Source: Marsupella aquatica
Lineage: Eukaryota > Plantae > Marchantiophyta
NCBI GenBank assembly: GCA_973895155.1
Contig: OZ316896.1
Span: 15,247,419 to 15,311,418, forward strand
DNA length: 64,000 nt
Direction of reading: 5' to 3'
Of the stretch, positions 10,423 to 22,713 are shown one piece after another (position 1 is the first letter of the stretch; each line of letters opens with the position of its first letter). The notes beneath the pieces are model-generated. The model was not told the DNA's origin. It saw nothing but the letters and a program-made list of their open reading frames with translations, and ran no database searches. The position numbers and the translations under genes were made by a program.

Positions 10423-13400
10423 ATGAAGAACGGAGGAGGTGGTACGGGTGATGGTGGTGGTCTCGTGAGCAGAGAGGCGGTAAATGAATGCGTAGCATTC
10501 CTCCGGCGTCGGCTCTGTGGAGGCATCACTGCACCTCTTCAGAGCCTGCCTCTGCTTCCGGATGCCGAAAACAATCGGAGGTATTGCGTTGATTTGTACA
10601 ACACCTTGTACTCTTATAATGATCGCACAAGTAGCCCAAAGTATCTCTAAGTCTCTCTTTTGGAAGCCAAGATGGCTCTTTACATTCGTGAAAGATGATG
10701 TTCCGGTTGCCGAAAACAACTGGAGGTTTTTAATTGGATATGCTCAACACCTCAGTCTCTCAGGAGCATTGCACGATTGGCCCAAAGTTTCTCTACTATT
10801 TCTCTTAGAGCCAAGATTGCTCATAACAATCGTGAACATGATGAACCTTTGTTGAGGAAAGATGGATGATTGCGCGGCAGGAAGCTGCAGGACCTTCTAT
10901 CACACACGATCCTGGATGCGTACAATAATTCCGCCCTCCTGCTCGGGCCTCGAGGATGTGGCAAGAGTCTGGTGGGTGGGCAGCACAATGCCATGCCAGC
11001 TCTTCAAACTTCCAGAGTTCCTGCTTGACTTTGTCTCTTTCAGTCCTTAAGGTAGATTCGTTTTACGGCCATGTGAAGTAGTGCATGCAGAAATTTGACG
11101 CAGACCTAAAATGGTGCAGCGGGATCAAGAGGTGCCCAGTCTGCAACATGGTTTGTTGAATGTATTTCTCTCCGAGTCTTATGATTTTCTCTTGTCCAGG
11201 TTCTGGAGCGTGTCCTAGCAGACCTGCAAGTGCAACATCCAGACAGATTCATCATTGTAAGTGTTTGTGACGTGATTCCAAAACGTGGACGTGATTCAGT
11301 GTACAGTGGAAGCTACTGAAGCTTAGCAGTTTTAGGGATTCATCTAATGCTTTATCCGTCTCTTTCATACCGGTTGAGACAGCCCTGGAGCCGATATCTC
11401 ATGGGGGAAAGAGCGTCCTCAAAAAGAACGGAGTGTCATCTTCTGTTGTCTCTTAACGATGTCCAGATTTAGTGGAGTGCCAGTGTGTTATAAAGTGCTG
11501 ACTGCCAAATCTCTTCTGGGTATGCGTGCAGGTCAGGCTCAGTGGCCTTCTCCACACTGATGATAATTCTGCTCTTAAGGTGCGATCGAGATGGCTGAAA
11601 AGCGACTCTCAGGATTGTGGTTGACTCTAATCAGTACGATTAAATGCAATGTATGGTAAAGAAGCTGAGCCCATTTCACTTCTAACGGCATCTGTTTTCT
11701 TTTATTGATCAGGAAATAGCAAGGCAGCTCTGTGTACAGCATGAACTTCTATACTCGAAAGCGGTATGTGAGATTTGCCAAGCATTTAATCTTACAAGTT
11801 TTCAAGACCTGACTGAGCGCGTATTTTCCTTTCGACAAATGCAATGGAATTTTACAAGGACATGATTCTGGGACACTAGAATGTGATCAAGGGTCTCACT
11901 TTAAACGTGGTCAGATGTTGTGACACGTGCTCTTGTTTTGTCTTGTGCGTTGGTGCAACAGGCATCCTTCAGTGATAATCTCCAGTTTTTGACTGCAATG
12001 CTACGGTAAGTGACTCTCGAGGATTGTCACGCTATTGACAGAAATCTTTTGAGAGTTCGTACAAGATATTATGGCTGTGAACGCTGTGATAGACAGCTGT
12101 TGGGTTAAGAGCTTAGTTTCATTTTTACTGTTGTCTGCAAGCTGGATCCAAGGTCAGACCGGAGTACAACCACATGTTCAATGTAGCTAAACAATCACTT
12201 GTATTTCAGATCAGAAATTGTTTCGGTCAGCAAATTAGATAGGCAGATCTAGAAAAGTCGATATAGTTAGTATATGTCTTTTCTGATATTCAGTTTTTGA
12301 AGTTGGCAGTTACGTAATCTTGCAAATAGTTGGTCCCAGCGCCATAACACATAATACATTAATTTAATCATACTGATGGGGGAAGTCCTTCCACCTCCAC
12401 AAAAATGATATTACCATGACTTCTTAACTAATTTGTGACTTCTGTATATCGTAGGGAATGTGCACTGTCTCACACAGCAGTGGTGTTCGCTCTTGATGAA
12501 TTTGATCTTTTTGCCCAGGTATTTGGATTTTGCATGAAACTCGTTCATGAAGTTTGTTATTACCTGGTTTTCTTCCTCCAGTCTTTCGCAAGTCTTCAAT
12601 CTGGTGGTCTGGTATATCATCATTTGAATGCTCTTCCCGTCATTAGTGATTCTCAACGCTCCGGGCATGGATATCAATGTAATCGAGATCAATGAGTTTC
12701 CTATCTAGCGCATCCGCCCAGCCTCTGAGAGAACTCTACATACTGCTGCCCTGCCTTGGATGGAAATTGTGGAATTTGAGTCTGACCCGGATGTTTTCTG
12801 TGATGCAGAGATCGAAGCAGTGCCTTCTCTATAATCTTCTTGATGCAATGCAGTCCACATCCTCCCAAATTGCAGTCGTTGGCATCAGTGCACGTCTGGT
12901 AACCATCGCCTACTTTACGTGATTCTTCCAAAAGATTGCGGGGATTGTGGCCTTACCTTCAGACGTGCAGCAGTTGTTAGTTCAATTACTTTGTAGTCCA
13001 TGTGCTAAATAGATGTGATCGGCATATTGGTGGACAACTTAACATAGGGTAACCAACAGAGCCACTTGAGGATGAAATTTCAATGCAGGATGCCGATCAG
13101 CTTCTCGAGAAAAGAGTTAGGTCTCGATTCTCACACCGGAAGTTGCTCTTCTTCCCTCCTCTTATTGATGATGCTTTGCGGTATCAATCCTTCCCCCCCT
13201 ACCAACCATCTCTTTCACTAGCTTCCTTCACACTCTTCTGACCAGCTAGCTTACATAGATGGATTCGTCGTCCATTTAAGTGAGATTTTTGCCTGGAAGT
13301 GAACAGGATTCGTTGTGTCATCTTATCTGAACGTTTATTATTGTCTTTGAATAGACTGATGCAAGACATGTTGACTGTACCGGTCGAATCCAACCTTGGG

Positions 13401-15181
13401 TTTTCAGAGTATGCTGGATTTTTCAACTCCAACACAAGGGTATCCTTATTGATGGCTTTGTTTGTCCTCCTGAATATAAATTGTGAATAAGGAAGATGTC
13501 AAGGATGTTACTCACTCGACAATGTAATTTTATCCTTCCTTGTGTTTACCGTGACTGTCTTTTTCTTTGACGGGTAAGAGTAGCAACTTCTGGAGCAAGA
13601 GAGCATGAAGCAGCTTATCAGAAAGTTCTCTGAGGCTGAGCTCAGCCCACAAAGCATGTTGGACTTAGGGTAAGCTGTTCAAGTCTCGTTGTGAGCAGCT
13701 TTCCCGTGGGATTTTCAAGTAGGTTTCTGTTCTATGCTATGTACATAAACGATCATCTACCATCGCCTTTACATTTGTTAATGAAAGCCGGATAAAGATC
13801 TCATATGAGGCTATCTTAGGACAATCTGTGAAAGCCGTTCCAAACCCCACACACATACGGATCCTCATAGAAATGTTTCCAGGAATCAAATAAAATAATT
13901 GAGGTGACCTCTATGGCGGACTCGCCTGCTCTGAATTTTAATGGCTGATTTCTGCAGATTTAGAGCCATTTGTAACATGGACCGTGACACTGGTGTACTT
14001 ACGGAAGCGAATTTCAAGACAGCAAGCCGATCGTTGAGACGGAAACCAAAGCTGGAAGCATTAAGGGGTATGTCTATTTTACCATATTCTTCGAAACCAT
14101 GTACAAGTTGGTTTAGGCCTCGTGAAGTTAGGTTCTGACAAGAACCAAGGAAATATAGAAGTCGATATTCTGCACCTCTGCCTTAATCTAACTAGAGCTA
14201 GCTGCGTTGTCTGGGGCTCAGATGCGTCTACTCTGGAGTTGTATCTACTGGTAGCGATGAACAGGCTGGAAGGCAAGGGTCGCGATTTATACAACTTCAA
14301 CACAATATTTCACGGTCAGTGAAGTTTATTTGGCTGCATCAGGACCTGGTGTACTCTTTTCAAGGTCGCAATTTCAGATGAGGGCCGCTTTTGTGTTCCC
14401 ACCACCCATTTAAGAAATCACTTGTTGCCAAATTTATTTTTTTTAATTGTTGCGGAAATCCCAAGAGAAGAGCGGGGCTTTAAGAGCATATATAAATTCG
14501 GTATACACTAAGCTGTGTTCATATCTGCGATTTGCCAATATGACCAGATTGACTTTCTGATGCAGAATATGATCAGCTAGCTGCATTGCATAGCACCTGT
14601 GACAAGTACTCCCGTCAAGTTGCTTGCCGAGTGAGTTCATATGCCCCTGTTCTCCCACTCGTCGGTCTGTGATTGGTATAATATGTCCGATGTGGTCTCT
14701 ACGGGAGCAGTTGCTATCTAATTTCGGTGCAAGTCCTCCAGGTTTTAACTCCTTCATCAGGCAGGCCTTTGAACATCTGGTGGATATGGAGCTGGTCTCC
14801 TTTACAGAACGCTGCAGCACTCTAGAATTTTCTTCCGTAAGATTACTCATTTCAAGCCAAGAGCTGAGTGAGGGTCTTGCTCGCAACCCTGTGTGCCCGG
14901 TAAATATTTCTGGCACTTCAATTTGTGGTCGCAATCGGATAGATCTCTAATCCCAGCGGCTATTTTATATCTCGGTAGCATGTCTTAGTTATGTTCAATG
15001 GACTGCATTTCTGTACACTTCAGCAGTAGTGGAGGTATCTCTTAAGTCAGAAATAGGATGATTTCCGCAATTGCAAGCACCTGTGTATGCATCCACGAAT
15101 ACTAGAAAGGATGGTGATGATGTCGTTGGAATTGTGCAGGCTGTTTTGCATCAGTGGTTTGCCCATGAATCTTTCAAGTGA
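10423..15181 (+). CDS. ORC4: Origin recognition complex subunit 4 (436 aa, 16 exons)
   Basis: Exons 10423-10580, 10881-10971, 11200-11256, 11532-11579, 11713-11763, 11962-12005, 12455-12518, 12809-12898, 13089-13180, 13355-13439, 13584-13669, 13958-14067, 14222-14314, 14566-14630, 14765-14899, 15140-15181 (1311 nt, all GT-AG, phases consistent). Motifs: Walker A GPRGCGKS, Walker B FALDEFDLF, KQCLLYNLLD, LEKRVRSRFSHR, LELYLLVAM, AFEHL. Confidence 0.97.
13440..13583 (+). other. U12-type (minor spliceosome) GT-AG intron, ORC4 intron 10
   Basis: 5' site GTATCCTT; branch-like TTTTCTTTGAC with A at 13570, 13 nt from the 3' end; no pyrimidine tract before TAG. Confidence 0.85.
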
Positions 15182-16659
15182 ATCAATTTTTCATTACCTT
15201 TATACATTCGAATAAAACCGGGCAGCCAGAGGTTACTGGAAACTCATCCCACGTTCACGCATCGTTTGAAACTAAAGTTGTCGGTTAGGTTCGGGTCATG
15301 GTTGAATTTTCGCTGAGGTTGTCTATTGCGGGAGGTCTGCTTCTTGGATTTGTCAGCAGATGGTTACTTTGGGTAGCAGGATCATTTCAACTGCTTCAGC
15401 ATTTTCCTTGGGTTCGTTATGCAGAGTTTTGGTAGTTTTGACCAAAATGTGAGTTTCTCTCTGTGAAGTACCCGGATAAGGATCTTTGAATTCTCTCGTA
15501 CAACTTATTTGAACGTTGTTCTCCCCCACTAATGTTGTCCTTCCAATGGTTGGCTTGAAGCAGATGGGACCATCCTCTGTACTTTGGAAATCAAAGCAAA
15601 GAAGGCCAATAAATTGCAAAGGTGTATATTCTCCTAGCTGGTCACATTCACGTTGTTATGCGGTTGACTAACACGGATGTTGGAAGGACAACGACATTTC
15701 CGTGAGGGTATCTGTTATCATTTGGTCTTGTACATAATTCTCGTCATTGAAATTCTTCACTTCTCGACGAAGTGGTGGTTGGACCTCTGTCCGATGTCCT
15801 TTCCAATTTTATGCTCTGTGAAGACTGCCCAAATGCACACTCAAGTGCAGACAGCAGGTAGAAAGTGATTGATCTGGCAGTCTATGAGCTTAATTGATGA
15901 TATCCATCTTTTATGCAAGAACTTGCACTGGATAATAAAAAATCGAATGGAAGATTCATCGGTGTCTTACAAAATAAGAAGTTGGTCTTACAACTGTCTT
16001 TGGCCGGCAGTCTATGCAACCTGTGACCTTGTGTATTCCCTTAGTATTCCCATAGTAGTCCACTCTCTGCTCAACTCCTACATGTCTTCTGAAAACATTC
16101 GCTTGGACTTGAAGGCTACGCAGAGCATTAGACGAAGGCTTGCCAAAATGTCAAAAAAATTTCTTGCTTCACGGAGAAGTCCTGTCTCTTCAACTGCGAC
16201 ATAAGTTCGTAAGTCATGTTCAGGACAATCTACCCTCACTCTTGAGGGCTGTAGTCCTCGTCGGAGCACAAATTTTGGACTGTGGGATAATGATGTCCAA
16301 CTTTTCCTTCGCTAATTTATTGGGTCCTGCATGTCGATGGGGTTGCTGAGGGTGACTGTATGTCAGCCCTGAAAGCTTTGCCCTTGCTGGTCGTGGGTAA
16401 TCAAATTCTGCAGTCTGACAAAGAAACTAGGGGAAGCTTCAGTAAGCCTACTACTTGGCAGTTCCACTCTTGATCCTAATCTGGTTCCGTTCCAACAGTA
16501 GACTGTTGCTGGGTGTCCGGACCAAGCTGTACTTGTTACTACTCTTGGGAAGCGGTATGAACCTAACGAATGTGTGATCCTCGCAGGTTGTGCTGAGTCC
16601 TTGTCGATTTAGTTTTGCTCTTACAGGCAACCCCAAAAAGCTGTCTAGTCTTCTGGCTG

Positions 16660-17673
16660 CTATTGGTCCATGGACACAATGGAATACAAGTCTCCAGATT
16701 GGCTTATGCTGTCCATTTGTGGCCTACTCATTATGGGCGACGTGCTTATCTGACTATCTGAGGATGATGATTGACTCCAACTCTGAAAATCCTCAACAAT
16801 TTGCTGTGTCAACTTGAAGCATCTGGAGCTCCATTCACGATCGAGGTGGGTAGAAGGTCCAAGCTGTGAAACCTTTCTGGCCATCTGATTAGCGCTTACT
16901 CGTACTATAGGAGGTTTGGATCGCATTGGAGAGAGTCGGAAATATCCTTCTGAGAGACTGGTGAATGCTGTGGGAGCACTTCTCAAGGGTGACTGACTTA
17001 GTTGGGCTGTATGGCTGCTGAGATCTGTGATATCTGGACCTACTGATGGAGGGATATAAATGTGCCCCCTGCTGAGAACTTTGTTTGAAGGCGGTGCATC
17101 AAAACCAGTCTCAAAGGCTGGTATCTTTGAGACGGAGCCGACACCGCTCAATTTCTGTGGTGAGGGTGTCACTTCACAAGGTGGAGAGTCGTTTTCTCGA
17201 ACTTGTTCACTGCCCTTTATGTGGCCGAGAGTAGAGCCTACCTTTGATGTCGTTCCTGCACTGGTCACCGGCCTCACCTTCGACGGTGCTTTCCCCCTCT
17301 TCCTGACACCATTTATTCCACCGGAGTAGGCACATCCCATGGCTCTCCCTCTCGTATTTACTCCCTCGATCATCGGAGAATTGTACTCACGGTATAATCC
17401 ATTGGCAGGACTGTTTGTTTTGTCCTCCCTGTCCCTCTCCCGCTCCGAAATTCTTGCCGTCACTTCTCCTTGACCAGCAATTGGTTTGCTCCGGGCGAAT
17501 CGGTCAGACCTCAACAATGAACTTGGGGATATCATGTCCTCGCAGACGTAGGTGCCCACAATAACCCCCCCGGTGTGCTGATTAGCAGGAGCCTTATCAT
17601 GCCCAATACCTTCTCGGTGTTCCCTGCAAGTATTGTTGTGGACCTGCTGTTCCTGCTGTTCCTGCTGTCCCAT
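16660..17673 (-). CDS. Orphan Ser/Pro-rich protein, 337 aa from 17673 or 226 aa from an MGCAYS start at 17340
   Basis: Uninterrupted 1-kb ORF. The internal ATG at 17340 sits in GCCATGG context. A TATA-like CTATAAG at ~19305-19310 followed by a CT-rich tract suggests a long leader. No recognisable domain. Confidence 0.45.
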   Translation of the reverse strand: MGQQEQQEQQVHNNTCREHREGIGHDKAPANQHTGGVIVGTYVCEDMISPSSLLRSDRFARSKPIAGQGEVTARISERERDREDKTNSPANGLYREYNSPMIEGVNTRGRAMGCAYSGGINGVRKRGKAPSKVRPVTSAGTTSKVGSTLGHIKGSEQVRENDSPPCEVTPSPQKLSGVGSVSKIPAFETGFDAPPSNKVLSRGHIYIPPSVGPDITDLSSHTAQLSQSPLRSAPTAFTSLSEGYFRLSPMRSKPPIVRVSANQMARKVSQLGPSTHLDREWSSRCFKLTQQIVEDFQSWSQSSSSDSQISTSPIMSRPQMDSISQSGDLYSIVSMDQ

Positions 17674-19986
17674 AATTGTCGTAATACTAGCGCTGCCGGT
17701 CGTCGAATTTTTTGTCCAGGGTTATGCAGGTACTTATGTAAGACCCCTGTCCTTAAACCGTCTGGCCTGGCAGTAGTTACTGTAGATGGTTTGGTATCAG
17801 CTTCCTGGTATGATTCCCTTATCCCTTTCACGAGAGATATAACAAGTCTAGAACCCCTCCTACCACCAGTGCTTTTGCAGAACCAACCTGCCCATCGTTT
17901 ATTTTCAGAAATTCTCGAAATCCATTTCAACTGCCCTTCCTACTCTGGAGGGGTACCATTATGCACTGCCCTGACCTACCCAGTACCCACTATCCTGTGC
18001 AGTTGCTCTCATTCTTCCAAATAAATTGCCCGTCCTGCACCAGAGCACATAAATTTATATCCTGTCTACGGCCTTGTCCGAGACAGCGAGTCATATATCT
18101 CCAAATCAAACTTCAATTCTCCTTTCAACTGTGGAAACACACGCCAGAAGGAATGAATGCCTTGCCCTCAACAGTCTCGACGCTCTTCAGTGTCCACACG
18201 CTGTCCTAGGTTCCCTAAACCTGCTTCAATCCATTAGACATTCCAGCTGTGGAAGCTCCTCAGACGCAGCGTCCCCTCGTGATCAAACCCCAACACATTC
18301 TCCGAGATTCTCCAAACTGATTTCAAATAAGGTCCCTTGCAAGTCTTGCTCAAACTAGTGGAGGCCCACGAATTGCAACGTCGCCTATCGTCCGAAATAT
18401 CTGTCACGCGTGCTTGAAACAATTTTCAAAGATTGCTTCGTCCATACAGACTGATCAGATCGCCGAAGACTGTTGATGACCTTCGGTTGAAGTTGGAGCG
18501 TTGGACATCATTTCATCAATAATCCTCCGTAGATACTTGAGACGCTCTGTTTACGATCAAAATGGAAACTACACAATCTCTTGGGTGGACTGCGTCTCAT
18601 GATCGTCATACATCACCCCAGAAAAATTATCCGCATAACCCGGAGAGCCTCTATTGAAAGCGAATGGGACCTCTACTTTGGGCAGCTTTCGATCTGTGTC
18701 TTTGCAATCTACATCAGTATCTCAGTACAATCGTTAGACCTTGTACTCTCTTTCCCAGCGAAGGACCGGCCTCCCAAAGGCTCTCATCGACTGCGCTACC
18801 CAAAGGGATTTCCATTCGCCAGCTCGGGTTTTGCTGCTCTCTAGGACGGATCAGCGCTGACAAGATATCAGCGTTTGCTAGCGTGCCTTCCGTCTGATAA
18901 TCTGATCCAGCAAATTGCCTTGCAAGCAGTAAATCCCCTCTCAAAGGAAGAAACCTTGCGATTCCAGGAAGTCAGTTTCAGTAACTGCAAACGTTGCCTC
19001 TCAGAATTCGTCGTCTCATGAGTCGAGTGACGATCAAGCTGCTTCCTCTTGCAACTACCTGCTGCAATAGTAGTAACGGAGCAGTTTGGCCAGTTGGGTT
19101 GGCAGCGAAGAAGGTACCCCACAATGCTGTCATAGCACGTTCCAGCCCAAAAATTGTTTCCTCGCTCACGATTTAACTGCTTTCCTTCAGAACATAATTC
19201 CCGACTGCGGAGAGGGAGGAAGGGGAGAAAGGGAAAGCAGTTGGGTAACGGACTGGAGCAAGGAGGGAGTGAGGGAGTTCCCTTGCAGTGCAATTCTCTC
19301 GCTCTTATAGCAATCGTCCATGTTCTCCTTTGTATCTCCCAGCGTTGTTAGATTTCATCATGCAAAATACAGTTGGGTTGTGGCTGGCACAACTGTGCTG
19401 GCAGGCCACTCACTCAGTGCTACCGTATGGTTCTCTTTGGTAGTGTGAGGTTCGGTGCCCGGCCGTGCTTCTGGAGTGCTTCTCAGAGAACAATGGTTTA
19501 AGTGCTCGACGGGTGTTGGCTCGTAGAAAAGATGAAATGCTTGGCATGCAGCCTACTGATGCTCTCCTTACCAACCTGAGAGGAATGGTCCTTCATAGAT
19601 TTTGATCGATTGAGAACATTGGCCACATCTGAAACACCGAAGACATGACCGATGTAGAACCAGAAAGAAAACCGACCCACCTACCATACCAAGCAATCCT
19701 CCCCTCCTGCTGATTGACGGCATCCACCACCTACCGCACAAATTACCTGCGGAATTGTTAAGAGAAAAAGTTGAACGGGAATAAGTTATCGTCACGACTT
19801 CACGCAGGGGCCAAGACAATGAATCTTGTGGAGAAGGTTGGAATTAGGTGAAGATTTCAGCATCGACAATTGTCGGTATAAACCGGGATCAATCAATCAT
19901 GGAGTACAACTTATCACCGACAAATTTATGCTCATTGCTTTATGGTGAGGGTTATTATACTGGCGGGTAAGTTGCTGATTCTCGAA

Positions 19987-21022
19987 CTAGACAGTATAAC
20001 TATATAAAAGTCATAGCCATGTGGACCTAGTGTGCACTAGTGTGAGCGTACTCTAGGGGCATAACTTAAGTTTTGGGGTACGGGTCGAAAATGGGGGTTT
20101 TGGGGTAGAGCAAGTCTGTGAAAATGGGTAGCATTTTAGTAACCTATTGAACATAAATTGGTGAATGTGCAACAGGCTTGAATATGCTCACCTCTATGGA
20201 AGCTCAAAGCATCAAGCTAATGCAATACAGTCCTTCAAGTGTTGTTGACTGCACTGATAAATGATCTATCTAAAAATGCATGGTAATTAGGTTTGTGCTA
20301 AAAAAAAATGAGATACATAAAATTGGCACCTGGCACTAACATCTGAAATTCCAAAACATGTGGGCCGGAAATATACACCCACAGTTTAGCGAAACAAATA
20401 GGAAATCAAACTCCAGACAAGACAACCTGCAAAATTTATATGAGGTGATGTGCCTGGGGAAAGGGTGATATCTAAATTGGCCACAAACACACGTTTTGGT
20501 TAGGTGTAAGCCAGACACATGAAAAAATAGAACACCCGGTGAAAGTTTATTTGAGGTGGAGTGTCCCGGTAAAGGGTGTCATCTAAATTGGCAGGAAACA
20601 CGTGTCTTGGCTAGGTGTAAGCCGAACACATGGAAAAGGATAATGGCCACCTTACAAGCGTTTTTGCAACTCCCCAACCTGACTTTTCCCAATGTAGAAT
20701 TGCAAACCAAGTTACCACCACACAAGTAATTCCCCAACTTCACTTTTCCCAATTGAGAATTGCAAACCAAGTTACCACCAAACATGGAGAAGTAGAATGG
20801 CCACCTCCAAACATTTTCGCAATTTCCCCAACTTCACTTTTCCCAATTGAGAATCGTGAACCTTGTACCACCGCACCACACATGGATAATGTAAGGCCAC
20901 CAGCACACGTTCTCCCAATTGAGAATCGCGAACCAATTTACCACCACGGCACGTTCTCAGTCAGGACAGTACTCGTAACAAAGGACAGTACTCGTAACAA
21001 AGGACAGTACTCGTAACAAAGA
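19987..21022 (-). mobile_element. Putative non-autonomous TE (Helitron-like) with internal tandem repeats
   Basis: CTAG|T end on the minus strand at 19987 with an imperfect hairpin nearby; ~125-bp duplication (20440-20640), ~60-bp repeats (20670-20940) and a 19-bp x3 array at the other end. Confidence 0.35.
20963..21019. repeat. Perfect 19-bp x3 tandem repeat AGGACAGTACTCGTAACAA
   Basis: Copies at 20963, 20982 and 21001. Confidence 0.95.
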
Positions 21023-22713
21023 AACCGTTAATCACTTTAAATTCTGTTAGGTGTACGTAGAAAAGAAAAAGAAAACTGTACATCGTTCTATCACCTTCAT
21101 AGCCTCAGATTCTTCCATCGTGAATGTGGGTGGTCCTTTAGGTGATGCTGTCCGGAAACAGTGTACTGTACTGTGGCAACTCCGTCGTCAAGTTCCTGTT
21201 CGATGCCAAACTTATCCTCACGAGGACATTAATTACAGGCAAACGAAATCCAGCCTTGTTTTCGCCCTCGACTCTCAAAACGACTCTCAAAACCAGGAGC
21301 AAATAGACAATTCAACTTGGACGTGAGGTCCGCTGAAACACGCGATTGTCAGCTTATCCAACAGGAGTTTCTATACGATTCCCGTGGACATGTAGTCATC
21401 ATGTCTTTCTAACCTTGCATGCACTCTTCCAGAAACGCATAACAGTTCGTTGACAAACCAGCTTCCAAGCAGAATTGTCAAACCGAAAAGTGCCGCTTGG
21501 TGAGTGACGATCTCTTCCGCTTCTTGCAGTCTAAAACACAGATTTTCAATTGCACACCTTGTATATGTGTACCGCTGAACTGGTAAATATTGAGGTTAAG
21601 ACCTGGTCATTGTCTGGTCATATATCACCACTGTAGCACAGGTCTTCAGATGCCCCCAAAACATACATAAAAGCAAAATTTCGACTGGAGTCACAAAGAC
21701 GGACAATTAACCTAACCGGACAATTCAATCCCTGAAATGAGGAGCCGAAATAGTAACATCAAGATAAGGCAATGGCATTGTTTTCCGATATCGACTTCAC
21801 AGGAGCTAACACACGGTCCAAACAAAACAGCTAATAGTCCTAGATACGCCGTCCTGCAGGTCGGCTGGTTAGTGAGTAGTGAACGACTAGAACCGAACAG
21901 ACATTTCGCATTACCAGTACCAGGATGTCTACACATTTCGCAGCTGAGTTTGTTTTACCCATCGCATTCAATGGGCTGTAACGCACCTAAAACAATACCA
22001 GTAAGTTTGCACCCTGTCCAGCTATACCCAAATCAAAGAAATTACCAATCAGACCCCATGCACCTACTGTCCAACTCAAGATCGTAACGTAATACATGGT
22101 ATGATATTAAGTGACGGTAAATACAAATCATGATGGTGTCGAACCACGTTTTCCATGGCACCTGACAATTATCCTTATCGCATGTGGGCAGTCACATTGG
22201 TGTCACCTGGAAATCATGAAACCTTTCCTATCGAATCCCTGCTTCGTGTATCTATGAAGATTACAAACGTCCAACTCGTAGGACCATTTTAGGAGAAGAA
22301 AAGATGAGACTTCACTGAACTGGTCGAGTCGTGTAGCTAAATGACAAAAGAAGCGATATCACTGCTTGCTAATCTTGGATTACCATACCTTGAAAGGTAA
22401 ACCAACAGACGATGCCTCTCGAAATTCGTATATGAAACAAATATCCATCAAATGAAAAAAGGCAAAATTTAGCCATTTCTTCCTGCTAACCCTCAATTGG
22501 GCTCAAAATTGCTATTCGCTCATTTGTCAGCAGAATATATTTCTACAGTCAGATACGCAGACCGGTGTTTTAGTTAATCCGCAATGCACTGTCTAATTGT
22601 CGTGTAGCTTGTCTTTGTCTGCGGAAATGAACACTATTACACTACAAGCAGTGAAACTCTTCCAGAAGAACCAATACCACGGACCCTCGAACAGCCATTT
22701 GTTTTTCTGCGGG

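Noticed and set aside
13181-13354. Second U12 intron in ORC4 (GTATCAAT donor)
   Set aside because: The donor deviates at +6/+7 and the 3' end has a U-rich U2-like tract with no U12 branch motif.
20963-21019. Mini-CRISPR or iteron set
   Set aside because: Direct repeats with no spacers; a simple tandem triplication.
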